This document shows positions 7,246 to 12,902 of a DNA stretch of 24,000 nt, in pieces. The notes below the pieces were generated by a model, which saw nothing but the letters and a program-made list of their open reading frames with translations, searched no databases and was not told the origin of the DNA. The stretch is from an uncultured Solirubrobacteraceae bacterium (lineage in GTDB: Bacteria > Actinomycetota > Thermoleophilia > Solirubrobacterales > Solirubrobacteraceae). The stretch covers positions 1,896,023 to 1,920,022 of the forward strand of contig CAWKPC010000001.1 of assembly GCA_963851425.1 (NCBI GenBank), given 5' to 3'. The position numbers and the translations under genes were made by a program. Each line of letters opens with the position of its first letter. Positions within the stretch are counted from its first letter, which is position 1.

Positions 7246-9398
7246 CGTCGGCTGCTCCGATTTGGTACCGCCTGCGTTGGCCGCGCGAAGTCAAGCCCGA
7301 GCAAGTCGCCCAAGTGTTTCGCTTGCTGGCGACGGCTGCTGGAACGCCAGTCGTGATCGAGGCCGTTGGTTCGCCTGGCGCGGTCGAACATCGGTTGGCG
7401 TTGCCTGCCAGCCGAGCCGAAAGCGTGGTTGACCAGCTTCGAGCCGCGATACCCGGTCTGAGCGTCGAGGAAGTATCGGAGCGCCCCCCTCTGGCTGCGA
7501 GCCATGCTGTCGAGCTGCGTTTGTCGACCAAGCGCCGACCGCTGCGGAGCGATGACGTGGCCGGTATTAGCCGCGCCATATTGACGGCGCTGGCACATCT
7601 GCACCGTGGCGAGCATCTAAGTATTCAATGGGTACTTGGCCGATCGTTGGCCGCGGTGGCTGTACCGAATCAACTGGAGGGGTTGGGCCGAGAGTCATGG
7701 ATCGGTGCCCTGCTGCTGGCACCGTTTGGCACCCCGCCGCAGGCCGATATCGAGGTGCGCAATGCTGTGCGTGCCAAGCAAGCAGAGCCGGGTTGGCGGG
7801 CCGTTGGTCGCGTTAGCGTGAAGGCCAAGACGGTGAGCCGTGAACGGCAGTTGATCCGACAGGTGGTTGGCGCCATCGGGAGTGCCGAAGATCCCGGCGT
7901 CCGGTTTTGGGTTCGCAGAGCGAGCGTGAAGCGCGTGATCGCTGCGACGGCTGGCTGGCGTCTGCCGCTACGACTGAACGCCACTGAGCTTGCCACCGTT
8001 TCGTCCTGGCCGATTGGGTTGATCGGCGAGCTGCCGGTGTCGATGATCGGCAGTCGCCTAATCCCTCCATCCGGGGCGATCTCCCACAAGGGGCGAGTCG
8101 TTGGCACGGCGTCATTTCCGGGACGGGAGCGTCCCGTGACACTGTCACCTGTCGATTCGCTGCGACATCTGCACCTGCTTGGGCCAACCGGCGTCGGCAA
8201 GTCCACGCTACTGCTCAACCTCATAACCCAGGACATACAGGCTGGCCGGGCGGTAGTGGTGATCGAGCCGAAGTCCGACCTCATCGCGTCGGTGCTAGAG
8301 CGCATCCCACAGGAGCGCGTGAATGATGTGGTGCTCGTCAGCCCGGGAGATAGCCGCCCGGTTGGCTTGAATCCAATGGCTTTGCATGGTCGTTCGCCGG
8401 AGCTGGTCGCCGATCAGTTGCTCGGCCTCTTTCACTCGCTCTACGCAGCGCATTGGGGACCACGGACACACGACATTCTTGGGGCGTCGCTGCTGACATT
8501 GGCGCGAGCACCCGGCATGACGCTGGCGGCGCTGCCGCTGCTCCTAACGGATGCGAACTTCCGGCGACGGGCTCTGGCTCACATTGATGATCCGATCGGC
8601 CTAGAGCCGTTTTGGAGCGGCTATGAAGCCTGGAGTGAGCAGGAGCGCGCCACGGCCATAGCCCCAACTTTGAACAAGCTACGCCCGCTGTTGCTGCGGC
8701 CGGAAATGCGAGCCATCATCGGACAAACTTGTGGCTTTGATCTGCGTCAAGTTTTCACAGGGCGCAAGATCCTGCTGGTTGATCTCAGCAAGGGACTACT
8801 CGGGCCGGAGACATCGGCACTGCTCGGGAGCCTGGTTATCTCGCAGTTGTGGCAGACAATTCTCGGTCGAACTGGCATTGCGCCTGAGCAGCGCCATCCC
8901 GTGACAATTGTCGTAGACGAGTTTCAAGACTACCTACGCTTGCCTATGGATTTCGCAGATGCCCTAGCTCAGGCTCGTGGCTTGGGTGCTTCGTTCCATC
9001 TCGCGCATCAGTACCTCCACCAGCTCGATCCGGCGATGCGCTCGGCAGTGCTGGCCAACGCGCAGTCACGCATCGCTTGGCGGTTGTCGGCTGAGGATGC
9101 CCGGGTGCTAGCGGCCGGCACTTCGCTTTCGCCCGAGGACTTCCAAAGTCTCGGTGCCTTCCAGTGCTACGCCCAGCTCGTCGCGCAAGGTGCAATTCAG
9201 CCGTGGTGCAGTGTCGCCACCCTACCGCCAAGCCAGCCAATCAGCGACCCGGCGTTGGTCCGTGCCGCCTCACGGGGCAGCTACGGAGCCGATCGCGCTG
9301 TGGTTGAGGCCGAGCTGCACCAGCTCTTGTTCAATCGCCGGGCAACTGACGGTAATGACCTCGCGCCACGGCGTCGAGCTAACAGGAGCGCCAAATGA
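7242..9398 (+). CDS. TraD/TraG/VirD4-like type IV coupling protein-family P-loop ATPase, apparently soluble (718 aa)
   Basis: Walker A GPTGVGKST (aa 314-322, nt 8181-8207). Walker B IVVDEFQD (aa 556-563, nt 8907-8930). AHQYLHQL...SRIAWRL region typical of conjugative coupling ATPases. GGGGAGG SD 7 nt upstream of the GTG. No hydrophobic N-terminal helices. Confidence 0.85.
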   Translation: MTSAAPIWYRLRWPREVKPEQVAQVFRLLATAAGTPVVIEAVGSPGAVEHRLALPASRAESVVDQLRAAIPGLSVEEVSERPPLAASHAVELRLSTKRRPLRSDDVAGISRAILTALAHLHRGEHLSIQWVLGRSLAAVAVPNQLEGLGRESWIGALLLAPFGTPPQADIEVRNAVRAKQAEPGWRAVGRVSVKAKTVSRERQLIRQVVGAIGSAEDPGVRFWVRRASVKRVIAATAGWRLPLRLNATELATVSSWPIGLIGELPVSMIGSRLIPPSGAISHKGRVVGTASFPGRERPVTLSPVDSLRHLHLLGPTGVGKSTLLLNLITQDIQAGRAVVVIEPKSDLIASVLERIPQERVNDVVLVSPGDSRPVGLNPMALHGRSPELVADQLLGLFHSLYAAHWGPRTHDILGASLLTLARAPGMTLAALPLLLTDANFRRRALAHIDDPIGLEPFWSGYEAWSEQERATAIAPTLNKLRPLLLRPEMRAIIGQTCGFDLRQVFTGRKILLVDLSKGLLGPETSALLGSLVISQLWQTILGRTGIAPEQRHPVTIVVDEFQDYLRLPMDFADALAQARGLGASFHLAHQYLHQLDPAMRSAVLANAQSRIAWRLSAEDARVLAAGTSLSPEDFQSLGAFQCYAQLVAQGAIQPWCSVATLPPSQPISDPALVRAASRGSYGADRAVVEAELHQLLFNRRATDGNDLAPRRRANRSAK

Positions 9399-9727
9399 GA
9401 GCGCGACGTATCGCCCGTCGCATCGCGTCGATGGGTGCGCTTGAAAACCCCCGTACTGACGTAGGAGGCAGCCGAACTTTGGTAACGAAAGTCTTTCATC
9501 AGTTGTTTCAGTCTTTCTTGGTGTGCGTTGGCGCGGGCCAGTGGCGGACGGCTGAGCGAGGGATGGCCGATGCGCAAGGTCAGCGTCAGCGGAGTTCAGC
9601 GGGGGTGTGGCCCTCTCCACGGCCCTGGCATACCCGTCGGCTCGCGTCGTCAGCAGCGCCCGTCTCAACACCTTTCGCTACGTCTACATTGGTAACGAAA
9701 GAGGGTAAGAATGAGGTTGTGTCGTGA
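9395..9727 (+). CDS. possible bridging ORF (110 aa) between the coupling ATPase and the replication-relaxation gene
   Basis: ATG 9395 overlaps the upstream stop (ATGA), and its TGA overlaps the downstream GTG (GTGA at 9724-9727). An internal AGGAGG (9463-9468) precedes an in-frame TTG at 9479. The composition is odd (W/R/S-rich) and third-position bias is only about 60 percent G/C, so it may be non-coding. Confidence 0.35.
   Translation: MRARRIARRIASMGALENPRTDVGGSRTLVTKVFHQLFQSFLVCVGAGQWRTAERGMADAQGQRQRSSAGVWPSPRPWHTRRLASSAAPVSTPFATSTLVTKEGKNEVVS
9479..9701. repeat. 13-bp perfect direct repeat TTGGTAACGAAAG at 9479-9491 and 9689-9701
   Basis: Read directly. The copies are 210 bp apart and bracket most of the 325-bp gap upstream of the replication-relaxation gene. 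TCAGCG x3 (about 9579-9603) and GTCTTTC x2 lie in between. Confidence 0.6.
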
Positions 9728-10542
9728 GCTGTGCTCCTACGCGCTCGTACATCTCGGCGAGGGGGGTCGCGCGACTGCGAGAACGGCTGTCGGTGCGAGA
9801 CATGGCGATCATCGCCCAGGTAGCCGAGCTGCGACTGATGAGCGGCCGCCAGATTCAGGCGATCCACTTCCCCGGCAGCGAGCACGACAACGAGCAGGCC
9901 GCCATCCGCGCCCGCCAGCGAGTGCTAGAACGCCTCTGCCGCGAGCGACTACTGATCCATCTGGAGCGTCGCATCGGCGGCGTCCGGGCTGGCTCGGCTG
10001 GTCTGGTGCTGGCACTCGGGCCAGTCGGTCAACGGGTGCTTGCGCTCTATCGGCCTCGTCGTCGATCATACGAGCCGACGCTGCGGTTTGTCGATCACAC
10101 GCTCGCCCTGTCCCAACTCGTCGTAGACGTGACGGTGGCCGCTCGACAAGGGTCGCTCGACGTGCTGGACGCTCAGGCTGAGCCGCGAAGCTGGCGGGAG
10201 TTCTCCGGGCCAGGTGGACGACGCTTGCTCCGACCCGATGCGTTCTTGGCGCTTGGGATTGGCGCGTTCGAGCTGCGCTGGTTCATCGAGGTAGACCGCG
10301 CAAGCGAGAGCCTGCCAGTCGTCGTGCGCAAGTGTCGGCTGTATGCCGACTACTACCAATCCGGCAAGGAGCAGGCCAACAATGGCGGGGTCTTTCCCCG
10401 TGTCTGCTGGATCGTGCCAGACGAGGCGCGAGCTGCGCGGTTGCAGAACGCCATCGCTCGGGACCGTGCGTTGCCCGAACGACTGTTTGTGGTAGTCACG
10501 ACGGCTTCCGCCCTTGATATTCTCCGCGAGGTATCCACGTGA
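9724..10542 (+). CDS. replication-relaxation (Replic_Relax, PF13814-like) family protein (272 aa)
   Basis: N-terminal winged-helix-like LSVRDMAIIAQVAELRLMSGRQIQAIHF...RARQRVLERLCRERLLIHLERRIGGVRAGS, then FVDHTLALSQLVVDV...RPDAFLAL...WFIEVDRASES. This pattern and its position next to a TraD-like ATPase match the family as I remember it. Not verified by search. Confidence 0.7.
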   Translation: MSCAPTRSYISARGVARLRERLSVRDMAIIAQVAELRLMSGRQIQAIHFPGSEHDNEQAAIRARQRVLERLCRERLLIHLERRIGGVRAGSAGLVLALGPVGQRVLALYRPRRRSYEPTLRFVDHTLALSQLVVDVTVAARQGSLDVLDAQAEPRSWREFSGPGGRRLLRPDAFLALGIGAFELRWFIEVDRASESLPVVVRKCRLYADYYQSGKEQANNGGVFPRVCWIVPDEARAARLQNAIARDRALPERLFVVVTTASALDILREVST

Positions 10543-10545
10543 TTT

Positions 10546-10582
10546 CACACTTAACCTTTAATACTAGTGTGGTACACTTAAC
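10546..10582 (+). promoter_or_regulatory. AT-rich control region with direct repeat ACACTTAAC x2 upstream of the recombinase gene
   Basis: ACACTTAAC at 10547-10555 and 10574-10582, 27 bp apart, flanking AATACTAGTGT. Possible TTAACC (10551-10556), 16-nt spacer, TACACT (10573-10578) promoter, which would put the TSS at or near ATG 10589. Confidence 0.35.
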
Positions 10583-10588
10583 AACATT

Positions 10589-12442
10589 ATGGAGTTGGTG
10601 TTGCGTGAACGTAGTAAGGGTGACTGGTCGATGAGTCGAGCTGTTGAGCGTGGTCTTGAGGGCGATCCGGCGGTGATCTACTTGCGGGTGTCCAGCAAGG
10701 AGCAAGCCGAGAAGGGCGGCGAGGCTGAGGGCTACTCCATCCCTGCCCAGCGCGAAGGCTGCAAGCGCAAGGCCATCAGCCTCGATGCGGTTGTGGTCGA
10801 GGAGTTCGTGGAGCGCGGCGAGTCAGCCAAGACCGCTGATCGGCCGGAGCTACAACGGATGCTGGCCTACGTTGCCGAGAACCGCGTCAAATACGTCATC
10901 GTCCACAAGGTCGATCGGCTGGCGCGCAACCGCGCTGATGACGTGGCGATCAATATGGCGATCCGGCAGGCCGGAGCCGAGCTGGTCAGCGTCAGCGAGA
11001 ACATCGACCAAACGCCATCCGGGCTGCTGCTGCACGGCATCATGTCCTCGATCGCGGAGTTCTACAGCCGCAACCTCGCCAATGAGGTCATCAAGGGCAC
11101 CGTCCAGAAGGCCAAGAACGGTGGCACGCCAGGCCGGGCTCCGACTGGCTACCTGAACGTGCGGTGCATGGTCGAGGGCCGCGAAGCCCGCACCATCGAG
11201 ATCGACCCGGTGCGTGGGCCGCTAATGCGGTGGGCATTTGAGACGTATGCGACGGGAGAGTGGACGATCCGTCGTCTGCTGGCCGAGTTGACGGCGCGTG
11301 GCCTGACGACAGCGCCTGGACGGCAGAAGACTGGCCGAGCGCTGGGTGTTTCGCATCTGCATACGCTGCTACGCAATCCCTACTACATGGGGATGGTGCG
11401 CTACCGGGGCGCAATCTATGCGGGTAGACATGAGCCGTTGGTGACGCCGGAGGTTTGGAACGAGGTTCAGAAGGTCTTGAGCGCGAAGTACCTGACGGGC
11501 GAGAAGGACCGCGAGCACCCGCACTACCTCAAGGGGAGCATCTACTGCGGCCAGTGCGGCGCTCGCATGATCGTCAACCACGCCAAGGGCAACGGTGGCG
11601 TCTATCCGTACTTCATCTGCGGTGGACGCCAGCGCGATCCGCTGAGCTGCAAACAGCGGGCGGTACGGATTGAGCAGGTCGAGGCCGCGATCATCGCCCA
11701 CTACGGCACCGTGCAGATCCCTGCGGAGGAGGTCGAACGACTCCGCAAGTTCTTGAGTGATGAGCTGGCAAAGCTCCGTAGCGAATCCGATCACGAACGG
11801 GGAGTGCAGGAGCGCCGGTTGAGCAAGTTCCAAGGCGAACGCGAGAAGCTGCTGCAAGCCCACTACGCCGACGCGATCCCGCTGGAACTGCTCAAGAGCG
11901 AGCAAGATCGCCTCACGACGGCGATTGCCGGGGCGGAAGGCCGGTTGGCTGCCATCGCCGCCGACTTCAAGACGGCCGAGACGAACCTCGAAAGAGCCCT
12001 GGCCCGCGCAAAGGACTGCCAAGCGGCCTACCGCGAGGCAACAGACCGGATGCGGCGACAGTTCAATCTGGCGTTCTTCAAGCGGCTCATCATCAGCGAC
12101 GAGGGCATCGTTTCCGGGGAACTGGCCGAGCCGTGGGACGTGATCTTGGGAGAGGAGCTGCGTAGAGCAGTTGCCGTTCGAGAAGCCGAAAGCTTGAGGG
12201 ACGCGATCGAGCAAGCCGAGCGCAACACAACGTGGCACCCACGCGAGCCTGAGTTGGCTCTTGTGGGTGCCACGGCCGCCGCCCCTGATAAGGGCGACGG
12301 TTGGAGTCCGAACATTTTGGTGCGGACCCGGGTACAACGTCGGAACCCCGATCGCTTCCTTGAGGATCTCATGGAGCCGGTCGCTCGGCAAGCCCGAAAG
12401 CGGGCCGTGAAGGCGATTCGTAGCGCAGGCAGAGCGGTTTGA
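10589..12442 (+). CDS. large serine recombinase / integrase (617 aa)
   Basis: Resolvase-type catalytic domain (VIYLRVSSKEQ with nucleophile Ser, DRPELQRML, VIVHKVDRLARN). Recombinase domain (GYLNVR...WTIRRLLAELTARG). Zinc ribbon CGQCGARM...FICGGRQ...SC. Long C-terminal coiled coil. An alternative start is ATG 10631 (MSRAVERG), which has AAGGG upstream. Confidence 0.9.
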   Translation: MELVLRERSKGDWSMSRAVERGLEGDPAVIYLRVSSKEQAEKGGEAEGYSIPAQREGCKRKAISLDAVVVEEFVERGESAKTADRPELQRMLAYVAENRVKYVIVHKVDRLARNRADDVAINMAIRQAGAELVSVSENIDQTPSGLLLHGIMSSIAEFYSRNLANEVIKGTVQKAKNGGTPGRAPTGYLNVRCMVEGREARTIEIDPVRGPLMRWAFETYATGEWTIRRLLAELTARGLTTAPGRQKTGRALGVSHLHTLLRNPYYMGMVRYRGAIYAGRHEPLVTPEVWNEVQKVLSAKYLTGEKDREHPHYLKGSIYCGQCGARMIVNHAKGNGGVYPYFICGGRQRDPLSCKQRAVRIEQVEAAIIAHYGTVQIPAEEVERLRKFLSDELAKLRSESDHERGVQERRLSKFQGEREKLLQAHYADAIPLELLKSEQDRLTTAIAGAEGRLAAIAADFKTAETNLERALARAKDCQAAYREATDRMRRQFNLAFFKRLIISDEGIVSGELAEPWDVILGEELRRAVAVREAESLRDAIEQAERNTTWHPREPELALVGATAAAPDKGDGWSPNILVRTRVQRRNPDRFLEDLMEPVARQARKRAVKAIRSAGRAV

Positions 12443-12557
12443 GCCAGATTGCCTGGACCACCCGGCTAAGACGTAACCGTCGAGCCCAGGGGGATAGCCG
12501 CTGACGTAGTGCTTGAAGCCCTAGAGTTCACGGCTTACAGGGGGACGATTCGAGGAA

Positions 12558-12797
12558 TCAGCCGAGGGGGACCGGCACGAGCTCGTCGCCGGTTCCGGGC
12601 GAATGGTCATTCATTAGCCGCTGGAGCGTTGCAAACCCTGTCCCGATCGCCACCGCTGACGACGAGAACACGACCTCGTGGATGCCAGAGTTCACGCCTA
12701 GCTCCATGCTGCGGATCGCATCATCGGCATAGATGACATCCACGAAGGCTTTCCACGCCTCGTCGGACGTCGTGGTCACGCGGACAATCGCACCCAT
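12558..12797 (-). CDS. small hypothetical protein (79 aa, MGAIVRVTTTSDEAWKAFVDVIYADDAIRSMELGVNSG...)
   Basis: About 80 percent G/C at third positions from ATG 12797 to the stop. The track's longer version (to 12986) is Arg/Trp-rich and would overlap the divergent ATPase start. Weak SD. Could be an independent gene or the remnant of an insertion target. Confidence 0.5.
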   Translation of the reverse strand: MGAIVRVTTTSDEAWKAFVDVIYADDAIRSMELGVNSGIHEVVFSSSAVAIGTGFATLQRLMNDHSPGTGDELVPVPLG

Positions 12798-12902
12798 GAC
12801 CCGAAGTGTACTCGGAAGGTACCCCCAGCGGCGCCAACAAGTCGCCGTTCGCAGGATTCTGCGAATCTGGACGACCGTAACATTCGGGCGGATACTTGAG
12901 AT

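Larger units (their letters stand above)
5596..12442 (+). mobile_element. integrative/mobilisable element core (small coupled ORFs, coupling ATPase, Replic_Relax protein, large serine recombinase); true ends not determined
   Basis: Uninterrupted same-strand block with many 1- to 4-nt start/stop overlaps. It has three hallmark mobile-element genes, with the recombinase as the terminal gene. No att sites could be defined, because serine recombinases leave only about 2-bp crossover duplications. Confidence 0.55.

Noticed and set aside
7670-8305. 211-aa minus-strand ORF inside the coupling-ATPase gene. Similar cases: 10066..10548 (minus strand) inside the Replic_Relax gene, 14211..14747 (minus strand) inside the ATPase gene, and 17329..17919 (minus strand) and 17481..18008 (plus strand) inside the secreted-protein gene
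   Set aside because: All are antisense or out of frame relative to genes with strong motif or codon-bias support. Their compositions (Arg/Ser/Pro-rich) indicate non-coding frames.
11369-12391. 340-aa minus-strand ORF inside the recombinase gene
   Set aside because: It is fully antisense to a CDS with unmistakable serine-recombinase motifs. The product is Arg/Leu/Gly/Ala-rich with no motifs. This is a typical shadow ORF of GC-rich DNA.
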